DNA from: Acidimicrobiales bacterium
GTDB taxonomy: Bacteria; Actinomycetota; Acidimicrobiia; Acidimicrobiales; VFJN01
DNA length: 64,000 nucleotides
Reading direction: 5' to 3'
Assembly (NCBI GenBank): GCA_035296625.1
Contig: DATHAO010000055.1
Location: 8,410 to 72,409, forward strand
This document shows, in pieces, positions 36,145 to 45,170 of the stretch (its first letter is position 1; every line of letters starts with the position of its first letter). Under the pieces are notes generated by a model. It was not told where the DNA came from and made no database searches. It saw only the letters and a list, made by a program, of their open reading frames with translations. A program made the position numbers and the translations under genes.

Positions 36145-36166
36145 GGTTGCGCCGATCGGCGCAGCC
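36145..36166 (+). terminator. Hairpin immediately after the aldehyde dehydrogenase stop (9-bp stem, GATC loop)
   Basis: The sequence ggttgcgcc-gatc-ggcgcagcc is nearly a perfect palindrome. Confidence 0.5.
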
Positions 36167-36212
36167 GTGACCCATCCGCGTGTCCTGGGAGGCCCCGGTT
36201 TGACCGCGGCGG

Positions 36213-36623
36213 GTGGCGGGCCGGACCATGGCGCGCATGCGCCCCCGGCTCGCCCTCGCTGCCACCCTCGCCCTGGCGTGGACCGTGTGGGCGCTGGCCG
36301 GGCCCGGTGCCGCCCTCGCCGAGCCCACCGCCGACGCAGCTCCGGCGCACCCGGTCCACGCGGTCCACGCGGTCCACGCGGCGACCACCGCGCACGCCGC
36401 CCAGGCCGACCCGGGCGACGACCCCGACGGCGATCCCAGCACCGACGACAGCGTGGTGCCCGACCAGAACATCATCCCCCGGCCCAACTCGGGCCGCGAG
36501 CCCGGCGAGGCGGGGGACAGGGGCGGCGCGCTGCAGATCGCCGTGTTCCTGGCGATCGTGGGCGGCGTCGGGCTGATCGCGGCGCTGGTCGTGCGGGAGT
36601 CGCGCCGCAGCCGCCAGGCCTAG
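36213..36623 (+). CDS. Small exported protein with C-terminal TM anchor and a His-Ala-Val repeat
   Basis: The signal peptide is MARMRPRLALAATLALAWTVWALAGPGAALA, which fits an alternative ATG at 36228. The C-terminal helix is LQIAVFLAIVGGVGLIAALVV, followed by the basic tail RESRRSRQ. Confidence 0.6.
   Translation: MAGRTMARMRPRLALAATLALAWTVWALAGPGAALAEPTADAAPAHPVHAVHAVHAATTAHAAQADPGDDPDGDPSTDDSVVPDQNIIPRPNSGREPGEAGDRGGALQIAVFLAIVGGVGLIAALVVRESRRSRQA
36352..36378 (+). repeat. 9-bp tandem repeat x3 (cggtccacg) encoding (V/A)H(A) repeats
   Basis: Read directly from the sequence. The translation is HPVHAVHAVHA. Confidence 0.85.
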
Positions 36624-36629
36624 GTCCGC

Positions 36630-38018
36630 TCAGCCGACCGGGGCGAACTCCTCGCAGCCCCGATAGCCGTTGACGAAGCCGGTGCGAAGGGCGTCGGTGC
36701 GCTCGAACACCGAGCCCGTGTCCTCCGTGGAGACGTCGTAGGCGAGGAAGCCCATGATGCCCTCGTCGAGGTCGCCGGCCGACATGATCAGGTTGTCGGG
36801 CTGGAAGTCCGCGCGCTCGAAGCTCGAGAACGCCCACACGCCGGTCAGGCAGTCGGCCTGCAGGCTGGCGGCGCGCCCCTCGTCGAGGCCGAACTGCACC
36901 TGCGCGGCCAGCGCGTACAGCCGGGCGATCTCGGAGGCCACCGCGAAGTCGCCGATCTCGTAGAGGTCCTCGGCCAGGCCGGCGCGGTCGAACAGGGCGA
37001 TGTTCTCGTCTTCGCAGTAGGCGGCCGCGTAGCGCAGAGCCTCGCCCGACAGCTGCTCGCCGCCGCAGGTCACCTCGTCGATGGCGGGGTCGACGAGCAC
37101 GAGGTCGTCGACCGGCCGCCAGTTGAGGCCGAGCTGGTCGAACAGGACGTCGTAGAAGGCGTTGAGGTCGACCTCGAGCCGGGTGAGCAGGCCGGCATCG
37201 CTGCCCTCGTCGTCGAGGCGCAGGTTGCCCCGGCTGCTCTCCTCGCCCGGGTCGAACGGCATCTCCACGATGGGCAGGCGGGTGCGCGGGTACTCGGCGC
37301 AGCGGGCGGCCCCTTTCTCGAAGCCGTCCTGGAACGAGCCGATGCGGTCGAAGCCGCTGCCGTGGGCGAGCGGGTCGTCCGCGCTCGTGCCGGGCGCGTC
37401 GCTGATGGCCACAAGGCCGGCCAGGCTGGCATCGAGGGCGGACGCGTCGACCTGGAACGACCGGCTGTGGCCGGCGGCGACCTCGGCGGTCCACGCCCCG
37501 GCGAAGCAGTCGGCCTGCAGCTCGAGCACGATCGTCGGGCCGTCGTCGCCCGAGCGGGCCTGGATGGCGTGGCCGTACTCGTGGGCGAACACGATGCCGA
37601 TCGTGAACGCCCCGAACTGCTCGTTGATCCACGGGAGCAGCCGGGCGGCGTCCCACGCGATCAGGTCGCTGCCGGCGCAGTAGAACGCGTTGTTGGCGAT
37701 CTCCTCATAGGACGGGCGCGGGTCGCCGCAGGGCGGCATCTCGGTGTCGGGCCCGTAGGGGTGCAGGCCGCCGGCCAACGGGGCGAGGTCGCCGCCGTAG
37801 ACCTCGGGGTAGGTCCGCTCCCAGTAGGCGATGACGTCGTCGATGGCGGCGAACGCCACGGCTCCCGGGTCGCCGACGGGCAGGGGTGCGCCGTCACCGA
37901 CGCCGACGACATCGCCGCTGAGCGGGTTCCTGTCCGCCTGGTCGGCGCACGCCGTCGCCACGAGCACCAGCACGACGGAGCCCGCGAGCGCCCCCAACCG
38001 TGGCCGCCACCCCGTCAC
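36630..38018 (-). CDS. Putative neutral zinc metallopeptidase-family lipoprotein (YpfJ-like)
   Basis: Lipobox VLVLVATAC. HExxH is present in VFAHEYGHAIQ, followed by LQADCFAGAW. The GTG start at 38018 is preceded by AAGGAGG. Confidence 0.75.
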   Translation of the reverse strand: MTGWRPRLGALAGSVVLVLVATACADQADRNPLSGDVVGVGDGAPLPVGDPGAVAFAAIDDVIAYWERTYPEVYGGDLAPLAGGLHPYGPDTEMPPCGDPRPSYEEIANNAFYCAGSDLIAWDAARLLPWINEQFGAFTIGIVFAHEYGHAIQARSGDDGPTIVLELQADCFAGAWTAEVAAGHSRSFQVDASALDASLAGLVAISDAPGTSADDPLAHGSGFDRIGSFQDGFEKGAARCAEYPRTRLPIVEMPFDPGEESSRGNLRLDDEGSDAGLLTRLEVDLNAFYDVLFDQLGLNWRPVDDLVLVDPAIDEVTCGGEQLSGEALRYAAAYCEDENIALFDRAGLAEDLYEIGDFAVASEIARLYALAAQVQFGLDEGRAASLQADCLTGVWAFSSFERADFQPDNLIMSAGDLDEGIMGFLAYDVSTEDTGSVFERTDALRTGFVNGYRGCEEFAPVG

Positions 38019-38131
38019 CGGGCCTCCTTCCGCCGTTCGCAGGACTCGCCGTCGGGAGCCCGTACGGACGCTACCGCAGGCAAAGAGGCCCGCCGAGCCG
38101 GCCCCGGCCGGGCGCCGTAGCCTCGGGTGCG

Positions 38132-40795
38132 GTGGACGACACGACGACGGTTCCCCCGGCCTACCCCGCAGCGTGGGAGGCGGACGTGGTGCTCGCCGAC
38201 GGGGCGACCGTCCACGTGCGGCCGATCCGGCCCGACGACGGGCCCCGCCTCGTCGACTTCCACGGCCGGCAGTCGCCCGAGAGCATCTACTTCCGGTACT
38301 TCACGCCGCGCCCCCATCTCTCGGACAAGGAGGTCGACCACTTCACACACGTGGACTACGTCGACCGCATGGCTTTCGTGGCGCTGCTGGACGAGGAGCT
38401 GATCGGCGTGGCCCGCTACGACCGCTGGCCGACCCGCTCCGAGGCCGAGGTGGCGTTCTTCGTCGATGACCGCCACAAGGGCCGGGGCATGGCCACGCTC
38501 CTGCTCGAGTACCTGGCCGCCGCCGCCCGGCAGGCCGGCATCAGCGCGTTCACGGCCACCGTCCTGCCCACGAACCATCGCATGGTGGGCGTGTTCCGCC
38601 AGGCGGGGTTCCAGACCCGCTCGTCGTTCGAGGAGGGGGTCATCGAGGTGCATCTCGATCTGCAGCCGACACCGGAGGCCGAGGCGGCGATCGAGGCCCG
38701 GGCGGCCCACGCCGCGGCCGAGGCGGTCCGTCTCCTCCTCGCGCCTCGCTCCGTGGCGGTGATCGGTGCCGGCCGCGCCCGCACGAGCGTCGGCCACGCC
38801 GTGCTGCGCAACCTCGTCCTCCACGAGTTCACGGGTCCGGTGTACCCGGTCAACAAGACGGCGGCCCACGTCGCCGGCGTGCCCGCAGTGCCCAGCCTCG
38901 AGGCGATCGACGGGCCGGTCGACCTGGCGATCGTGGTCGTGCCGGCCGCCGAGGTGCCGGGCGTGGTCGAGGACTGCGGCCACAAGGGGGTCAAGGCGGT
39001 CATCGTCATCTCCGCCGGCTTCGCGGAGGCCGGGCCGGAGGGCGAGGCGTTGTCGGCGGCCGTCGTGCGCACCGCCCGTCGCTTCGGCATACGCGTGCTC
39101 GGGCCGAACTGCCTCGGCGTGATCAACACCGACCCGAAGGTGCGGTTGCACGCCACGTTCGCCACGCCCGAGACCCACCGCGGGCCCGTGGCGCTGCTCT
39201 CGGAGTCGGGCACGATCGGGGGGGTCATCCTGGACCACATCGGCGCCGCGGGCCTCGGCGCCTCGACGTTCGCGGCGATCGGCAACCGGGCCGACGTGTC
39301 GGCCAACGACCTGCTGCAGTGGTGGGCCGACGACGACCGCACCGAACTGGTCCTGCTCTACCTCGAGTCGTTCGGCAACGCCCGGAAGTTCAGCCGCATC
39401 GCCCGCGAGGTCGGCCGCACGAAGCCCATCGTGGCCGTGAAGAGCGGGGGAGCGGCCCGGGCCTATCCGTCGGTCGGCGCGGAGGTGTCCGAGGCCACGG
39501 TGGACGCCCTGCTGCGCCAGACCGGCATCGTGCGCGTCGACACGCTGGCCCAGCTGCTCGACGTCTCCCGCGTGCTCTCGTGCCAGCCACGGCCGGCCGG
39601 CCGCCGGGTGGCTCTCGTCGGCAACGGCGGGGGGTCCCTGGCTCTGGCGGCCGACGCCTGCGTCGACGCCGGCCTGGCGCTCGCCACCCTGGGCCCGGGC
39701 GTGGAGGAGTCCGTCGGCCGGTCGGCCCGGATCCGCTCGGGCACGGTCGACCTCGGCTTCGAGTCCGGCGGCGCAGACCTCGAGGCGGCGCTGCGGGCGC
39801 TCATGGCCGACGAGGGGGTCGACAGCGTGCTGGCCGTCGTGGCCCCCGCGCCCCGCCAGAGCACGACGGACCTGACCGCGGCCGTCGAGGCGGCGGCCGC
39901 CGCGGCCGGCGAGACGACGCTCGTGGCGTGCGTGTTCGGCGAGCACCCCGTGGCCATCGTCCTCGAGGGCCGTGGGAAGGTGCCGATCTTCGACTTTCCC
40001 GATGACGCCGCCTACGCGCTGGGCCGGGTCACCCAGTACGCGCTGTGGCGCTCGCAGCCGGAGGGCCGATTCGTCGTGCCCGACGGCGCGCGCCCAGCGG
40101 ACGCCCGGGCGCTCGTGGCGGAGGCACTGGTCGCGGGTGAGCGCGGGTGGCTGCCGAACTCGGTGGCCCTCGAGGTGCTCGCCGCGGCCGGGCTCGCCCC
40201 GGTGCCCTCCTGCCTCGTCGATGAGGTGCGCGGCGCGGTCGCCGCCGCCGCGGAGACCGGTTACCCGGTCGTCGCCAAGGCGTTCCACCGCTCCCGGCTC
40301 GCCAAGTCCGAGGTCGGGGGCGTGGCGCTCGACGTGCACGACGAGACCGAGCTGCGGGCCGCGCTCGCCCGCATGGAGGCGGCGCTCGGGGCGGCGGCGT
40401 GGCCGATGGTCATCCAGCCGATGGTCGAGCCGGGCGTCGACCTGGCCGTGACCGTGAGCGACAGCCACCTCGTCGGTCCCGTGCTCTCGTTCGGCCCGGG
40501 CGGCGTGGCCACCGCGCTGACCGCCGCCCAGGTGCAGGTCCTGCCACTCACCGACCGCGACGCGGCCCAGCTCGTGGTCTCGTCCCCGGTGGCCGCGGTG
40601 CTCGACGAGGTGGGCCGCGCCCGGATCGAGGACGTGCTGCTGCGCGTCGGCGCCCTGGTCGAGGAGGCGCCTGAGATCGTCGGCCTCGAGCTGAACCCGA
40701 TCATCGTGTCCGGTGGCGGGGCGGCCATCGCGGACGCCCACCTGCGGGTGGCGCCGGTCGAGCGCGATCCGCTGCCGCCGGTCCGCCGGGTCTGA
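38132..40795 (+). CDS. GNAT acetyltransferase fused to an NDP-forming acyl-CoA synthetase-like region (PatA-type protein acetyltransferase architecture)
   Basis: The N-terminal GNAT is VAFFVDDRHKGRGMATLLLEYL. It is followed by a CoA-binding domain (PRSVAVIGAGR...), succinyl-CoA-synthetase-like domains and an ATP-grasp domain. The GTG start at 38132 is uncertain. Confidence 0.8.
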   Translation: MDDTTTVPPAYPAAWEADVVLADGATVHVRPIRPDDGPRLVDFHGRQSPESIYFRYFTPRPHLSDKEVDHFTHVDYVDRMAFVALLDEELIGVARYDRWPTRSEAEVAFFVDDRHKGRGMATLLLEYLAAAARQAGISAFTATVLPTNHRMVGVFRQAGFQTRSSFEEGVIEVHLDLQPTPEAEAAIEARAAHAAAEAVRLLLAPRSVAVIGAGRARTSVGHAVLRNLVLHEFTGPVYPVNKTAAHVAGVPAVPSLEAIDGPVDLAIVVVPAAEVPGVVEDCGHKGVKAVIVISAGFAEAGPEGEALSAAVVRTARRFGIRVLGPNCLGVINTDPKVRLHATFATPETHRGPVALLSESGTIGGVILDHIGAAGLGASTFAAIGNRADVSANDLLQWWADDDRTELVLLYLESFGNARKFSRIAREVGRTKPIVAVKSGGAARAYPSVGAEVSEATVDALLRQTGIVRVDTLAQLLDVSRVLSCQPRPAGRRVALVGNGGGSLALAADACVDAGLALATLGPGVEESVGRSARIRSGTVDLGFESGGADLEAALRALMADEGVDSVLAVVAPAPRQSTTDLTAAVEAAAAAAGETTLVACVFGEHPVAIVLEGRGKVPIFDFPDDAAYALGRVTQYALWRSQPEGRFVVPDGARPADARALVAEALVAGERGWLPNSVALEVLAAAGLAPVPSCLVDEVRGAVAAAAETGYPVVAKAFHRSRLAKSEVGGVALDVHDETELRAALARMEAALGAAAWPMVIQPMVEPGVDLAVTVSDSHLVGPVLSFGPGGVATALTAAQVQVLPLTDRDAAQLVVSSPVAAVLDEVGRARIEDVLLRVGALVEEAPEIVGLELNPIIVSGGGAAIADAHLRVAPVERDPLPPVRRV

Positions 40796-40810
40796 CGGAC
40801 GCCCGCCCGG

Positions 40811-41938
40811 TCAGGCGGGACGGGGCTCGCGGGGCAGGCCGAGCGTGCGCTCGCCCAGGATGTTGCGCAGGATCTGCGTCGTGCCGCCCATGATCGTGTA
40901 GGCGGGCGCATATGCGATGTTTCGGCTCACCCGGTGGGCCAGCCCCGGCTCGGCCAGCATGGCCGCGGCGCCGAGCGCCCGGCCGCAGAAGCCGGCGATG
41001 CGCTGCTCGAGCTCGGTGCAGAACGTCTTCGTGGCCGCCGAGAACTGCGGCGGGGCCTGGCCCAGCGTCTCTCGCAGCACGAGTAGCCGGCCGATGCGGT
41101 AGCCCGACTCGATGGCGGCGATCTCCTGGCGCACGAGTGGGTCGGCCCGGTCGGCCAGCGGCAGGCAGTCCTCGTAGAGCCGGCGGTTCGACACCAGCCG
41201 GTCGATGCCGCCACGCTCGTGTTCCATCTGGCGCATCACCTGGCGGAACGAGCCGTTCAGCTCGCCCACCATGTTGGCGGCCGGCACGCGCACGTCCTCG
41301 AAGAAGACCTCGCAGAAGTGGCGGCTGCCGGTCATGTCGAGGATCGGCTTCACCGAGACGCCCGGCGCCTGCATGTCGACGACGAACTCGGAGAGGCCCT
41401 CGTGGGGCCGGGCGTCGGGATCGGTGCGGCAGATGAGGTAGCACCAGTCGGCGTCCGCCGCGCCCGATGTCCAGATCTTCTGGCCGTTGACGACCCACTC
41501 GTCGCCGTCTCGCTCGGCCTTCGTGCGGATGCCGGCGACGTTCGATCCGGCGTCGGGCTCGCTCATGCCGATGCACCACATCGACGTCCCGCCGATGATG
41601 CCCGGTAGCCATCGGCGGCGCTGCTCGTCGTCACCGTAGGTAAGCAGCGACGGGCCCATCTGCCGGTCGGCGAACCACGCGGCGGCGATCGGGGCGCCCG
41701 TGCTGATCAGCGCCTCGAACACGACGAAGCGCTCCATGGCGCTGCGCCCGCCGCCGCCGTGCTCGACCGGCCAGGTCATGCCCAGCCAGCCGCGCATGCC
41801 GAGCTCCTCGGCGAACGCCCGGTCGTGGCCGGTGATCCACGTGTCCTCGGGGACCTCGACGCGCTTGGCCGCCGCGCGGCCCACCTCGAGGGCCTCGTCG
41901 CGCAGGGCCTGGAGCTCGGAAGCCAACACGAAGTCCAT
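40811..41938 (-). CDS. Acyl-CoA dehydrogenase
   Basis: CIGMSEPDAGSN, DEWVVNGQKIWTSGA and the C-terminal IMGGTTQILRNILGE. The ATG is at 41938 (MDFVLASEL). Confidence 0.9.
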   Translation of the reverse strand: MDFVLASELQALRDEALEVGRAAAKRVEVPEDTWITGHDRAFAEELGMRGWLGMTWPVEHGGGGRSAMERFVVFEALISTGAPIAAAWFADRQMGPSLLTYGDDEQRRRWLPGIIGGTSMWCIGMSEPDAGSNVAGIRTKAERDGDEWVVNGQKIWTSGAADADWCYLICRTDPDARPHEGLSEFVVDMQAPGVSVKPILDMTGSRHFCEVFFEDVRVPAANMVGELNGSFRQVMRQMEHERGGIDRLVSNRRLYEDCLPLADRADPLVRQEIAAIESGYRIGRLLVLRETLGQAPPQFSAATKTFCTELEQRIAGFCGRALGAAAMLAEPGLAHRVSRNIAYAPAYTIMGGTTQILRNILGERTLGLPREPRPA

Positions 41939-41996
41939 GGTGGGCGACGGTATCGCCGTGCCGGCCGGGGCCACGACTCGGTAGCCTCCGACGGCG

Positions 41997-42500
41997 GTGG
42001 AGATCAGGGCCGTGCACCCCGACGAGCACCGTTTCCTGGGCGAGCTGACCGTGGCCGCGTACCGGGCCATCAACCCGGGCGACCACGACGGCGCTCTCGA
42101 CGACTACGAGGCCGAGCTGCGCGACGTGGCGGGCCGGGCGGCCGAGGCCGAGGTGCTCGTTGCCGTCGACGGCGACGGCACGGTGCTGGGTGGCGTCACC
42201 TACGTGCCGGGGCACACCTCGCCGTCGGCCGAGTTCTCCGAGCGCGACGCCGCGGGCATACGCATGCTGGCCGTCGACCCCGAGGCCCAGGGGCGGGGGG
42301 TGGGCGAGGCGCTCACCCGGGCCTGCATCGACCGCGCCACGGCGGCCGGGCGCGCCCAGCTGCTGCTGCACTCCACCCCGTGGATGACGACGGCCCACCG
42401 GCTCTACGTGCGCCTCGGCTTCGCCCGCGACCCGGGCCGGGACTGGGAGATCGAGCCGGGCTTCGTGCTCCGCGCCTTCCGCCTGCCGCTCGACGCCTGA
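41997..42500 (+). CDS. GNAT family N-acetyltransferase
   Basis: The acetyl-CoA-binding motif is MLAVDPEAQGRGVGEALTRACIDRA. The start is a GTG. Confidence 0.8.
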   Translation: MEIRAVHPDEHRFLGELTVAAYRAINPGDHDGALDDYEAELRDVAGRAAEAEVLVAVDGDGTVLGGVTYVPGHTSPSAEFSERDAAGIRMLAVDPEAQGRGVGEALTRACIDRATAAGRAQLLLHSTPWMTTAHRLYVRLGFARDPGRDWEIEPGFVLRAFRLPLDA

Positions 42501-42672
42501 CGAGCGGCGGGCGGGGCGCGGCGGCCGGGTCGGTCCCGCCTGCCGGGCATCCCGGCGTTCAGTCAGCGGGTCGACGATGCCATGGTGAGCAGATGCGACC
42601 AGTGTGTCCATGGTCACACGCAATTCTGTGCGTAGTCGGCGCCGTACGTAACGCGTTCGCCCACTGATCGAG

Positions 42673-43221
42673 TCAGGAGCTGGACGGTTGGCCCAGGCCG
42701 TCCAGCACGACGGCGCCCGGCAGGCGGCCGAGCAGGGCTCCCGGGAGGAGCAGCTTCGAGTCGCGCAGCCCGCTGCCCACGACGACCCGGTCGGCGGCGA
42801 CGACGGCGCCGTCGACGAGCACCGGCCACGACGGCGGCAGGCCGACCGGGGTGATGCCCCCGTAGGCCATGCCTGTCTCGGCGACCGCCACGTCCATCGG
42901 CGCGAAGGATGCCTTCTTCGCCTGCAGGTGCCGGCGGACCCGCCCGTTGACGTCGGCCCGGGTCGTGGCCAGCACCATGCAGGCGGCGAAGGATCGGTCC
43001 GGGCCCCGCTTGGCCGCCACGACCACGCAGTTCGCCGACTCGTCGAGACCCACGCCGTAGGCGTCGCAGAACGCGGCGGTGTCCGCGAGGTCGGGGTCGA
43101 TGGCGGCGACGAGGACCGTGGTTTGGTCGGCGTCGTCGAGCGCCGCGAGCGCCGCGCCGACGGGGACGGCGAGCAGATCGGGGCGGGTGGTGGCGGGGGT
43201 CCAGTCAAGTGTGCCGACCAT
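42673..43221 (-). CDS. YbaK/EbsC-type aminoacyl-tRNA editing domain protein
   Basis: CVVVAAKRG...ACMVLATTRADVN...ASFAPMDVAVAETGMAYGGITPVGLP resembles the YbaK/ProRS-associated deacylase domain. Confidence 0.6.
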   Translation of the reverse strand: MVGTLDWTPATTRPDLLAVPVGAALAALDDADQTTVLVAAIDPDLADTAAFCDAYGVGLDESANCVVVAAKRGPDRSFAACMVLATTRADVNGRVRRHLQAKKASFAPMDVAVAETGMAYGGITPVGLPPSWPVLVDGAVVAADRVVVGSGLRDSKLLLPGALLGRLPGAVVLDGLGQPSSS

Positions 43222-43331
43222 GCCCCGCAGTCTGCCCGCCGAGCCGGGACCGCCCCGACCGGGCGGTTGGCGCACGACGGTCGGTCCGACCGGTTCGACG
43301 GCGGTAGCGTCGGGCCGCTACAACCCGGGCC

Positions 43332-44204
43332 GTGCTCGACGAGGTGCTGGTGCCGCCGCCCGAGGCCGGACGGGTGTTCCGGGCGGGCCGGCGCGTCCGT
43401 CTGGCGGACGCCGATCCGACGGGCCGCCTGCGCCTCGACGCCTGCGCCCGCTACCTGCAGGACATCGGCAACGACGACACGGCCGAGAGCGGCATCGACG
43501 ACCCGGCGACCACCTGGGTGGCGCGCCGGGCGGTGATCGACGTCCACCGGCCGCCCGTGTGGCAGGAGTGGCTCGGCCTCGCGACGTGGTGCGGCGGCAC
43601 GGGCGGCCGGTGGGCCGAGCGGCGTCTGGCGCTGGCTGGCGAGCGCGGCGGCCGCGTCGAGATCGCCACGCTGTGGGTGCACGTCGACGTGACCACGATG
43701 GCTCCGGCGCGGCTGCCCGAGGCGTTCGTCGCCGCCTATGCGTCGGCGGCCGGTGGCCGCAGGGTGTCGAGCCGGCGCTGGCTCGACGGGCCGCCACCGC
43801 CCGGGCCCGCCGTGGCCACCCGCGCGTGGCCTCTGCGGGCGGTCGACGTCGACCTCCTCGGCCACGTCAACAACGCCGCCTACTGGGCGGCCGTGGAGGA
43901 GCTGCTGCTCGGCGGCCCGGCGGGCTCGGCCTCCGAGGAGCCCGCGCCGGACGGTCCGGCGCCGGGAGCCGCCCGCCACCCGCTGCTCGCCGCGCCGCAT
44001 CGGGCCGTCATCGAGTACGGCGCAGGCATCGCCCCCGGCGCCCCGGTCGAGCTGGTGACGATGTCGTCGCCCGGGCGTGTGTCCGTCTGGTTCACCGTCG
44101 CGGGCACCGCCCACGCCACGGCCACCGTGGGACCGCTGCCGGACGGCGGATCCGTTCCGCACGGCCGGCTGAGGGCACGCGGCGGCCGGTCCGGCCTCGA
44201 CTAG
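43332..44204 (+). CDS. Acyl-ACP thioesterase-like (double hotdog) protein
   Basis: RVRLADADPTGRLRLDACARYLQDIG...WPLRAVDVDLLGHVNNAAYW. Confidence 0.7.
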   Translation: MLDEVLVPPPEAGRVFRAGRRVRLADADPTGRLRLDACARYLQDIGNDDTAESGIDDPATTWVARRAVIDVHRPPVWQEWLGLATWCGGTGGRWAERRLALAGERGGRVEIATLWVHVDVTTMAPARLPEAFVAAYASAAGGRRVSSRRWLDGPPPPGPAVATRAWPLRAVDVDLLGHVNNAAYWAAVEELLLGGPAGSASEEPAPDGPAPGAARHPLLAAPHRAVIEYGAGIAPGAPVELVTMSSPGRVSVWFTVAGTAHATATVGPLPDGGSVPHGRLRARGGRSGLD

Positions 44205-44214
44205 CTCGGCCGGA

Positions 44215-45159
44215 TCAGTCGGCGAGGAGGACGATCTTGCCGAGCTTGCCGCCGTCCGCGAACCGTTCGTAGGCGGCTGCCGCCTCCGCCATCGGGAACG
44301 TGGCCGCCAGCGGCACGGTGATCCGTCCGTCGGCGAGCAGCGGCAGCACGTGGCGCTCGACCCGGCGGGCGGCGAGCGCCTTGTCCTCCAGGGGCCGCGA
44401 CCGCAGCGTCGAGCCGTGGATCCGTCCCCGGGTCGCCATGAGAGCCAGCAGGTCGACCTCGGCCCGGAACCCGGCACCCACGCCGATCACCGCGATCCGC
44501 CCGGCGGTGGCCAGAGCCGCCAGGTTCGCCGGCATGTTCGGGGCCCCCACCAGCTCGAGCACGACGTCGAAGGGCCCGCGCTCGCCGAAGCCGTCGGGGG
44601 CCACGACCGTGGCCCCGAGTGCGGCCACGCCCGCCCGCTGGGCGACGGACCGCACGGTGGCGACCACGTCGGCCCCCGCGGCCACCGCCAGCTCGACCGC
44701 GGCCGTGCCGACGCCGCCGGCGGCGCCGTGCACGCAGACCCGCTCGCCCATGCCCAGCTCGCACTGGGCGAAGAGCGCGTCGTGGGCGGTCGTGTAGTTC
44801 TCGGGTACGCCGCCGGCGCGCTCCCACGACACCCCATCGGGGACCGGCACGGCCAGCGGCTCGGGCACTGCGGCCAGCTCGGCCTGCGCGGCCCCGGCCA
44901 CCACGGCCATTACCCGGTCGCCGACGGTGAAGCGCTGGCAGCGCTCGCCGGCGGCCACGACCTCACCTGCCATCTCCAGGCCCGGGATGTCCGGCGGTGC
45001 CGTGCCGGGCGGCGGCGGGTAGAAGCCGTCCCGCTGCATGAGATCACCGCGGCACACCCCGGCGGCTCGCACGCGCACGATCAGCTCGGTCGGCCCGGCT
45101 ACGGGGTCGGGGTGCTCGCGCCACTGGAGGGCGCCGTCCACGATGGTCACGGCCCACAT
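44215..45159 (-). CDS. NADPH:quinone oxidoreductase / zeta-crystallin-type MDR
   Basis: VRVRAAGVCRGDLMQRDGFYPPPPG, and the nucleotide-binding motif VCVHGAAGGVGTAAVELA. Confidence 0.85.
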   Translation of the reverse strand: MWAVTIVDGALQWREHPDPVAGPTELIVRVRAAGVCRGDLMQRDGFYPPPPGTAPPDIPGLEMAGEVVAAGERCQRFTVGDRVMAVVAGAAQAELAAVPEPLAVPVPDGVSWERAGGVPENYTTAHDALFAQCELGMGERVCVHGAAGGVGTAAVELAVAAGADVVATVRSVAQRAGVAALGATVVAPDGFGERGPFDVVLELVGAPNMPANLAALATAGRIAVIGVGAGFRAEVDLLALMATRGRIHGSTLRSRPLEDKALAARRVERHVLPLLADGRITVPLAATFPMAEAAAAYERFADGGKLGKIVLLAD

Positions 45160-45170
45160 CGGGCCGGAGG

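Noticed and set aside
38015-40741. 908-aa minus-strand ORF antisense to the GNAT/acyl-CoA-synthetase gene.
   Set aside because: The translation is Arg/Gly/His-rich with no domains, and the plus strand is clearly coding.
42500-42672. Short palindromes (CCATGG repeats, AACGCGTT) in the GNAT/YbaK convergent gap, considered as a possible sRNA or terminator.
   Set aside because: The stems are only 6-8 bp and there is no consistent hairpin-plus-tail structure. This is likely chance.
41631-44477. 948-aa minus-strand ORF crossing four genes.
   Set aside because: It runs through the ACAD, GNAT, YbaK and thioesterase genes in the wrong frame or on the wrong strand. The translation is low-complexity.
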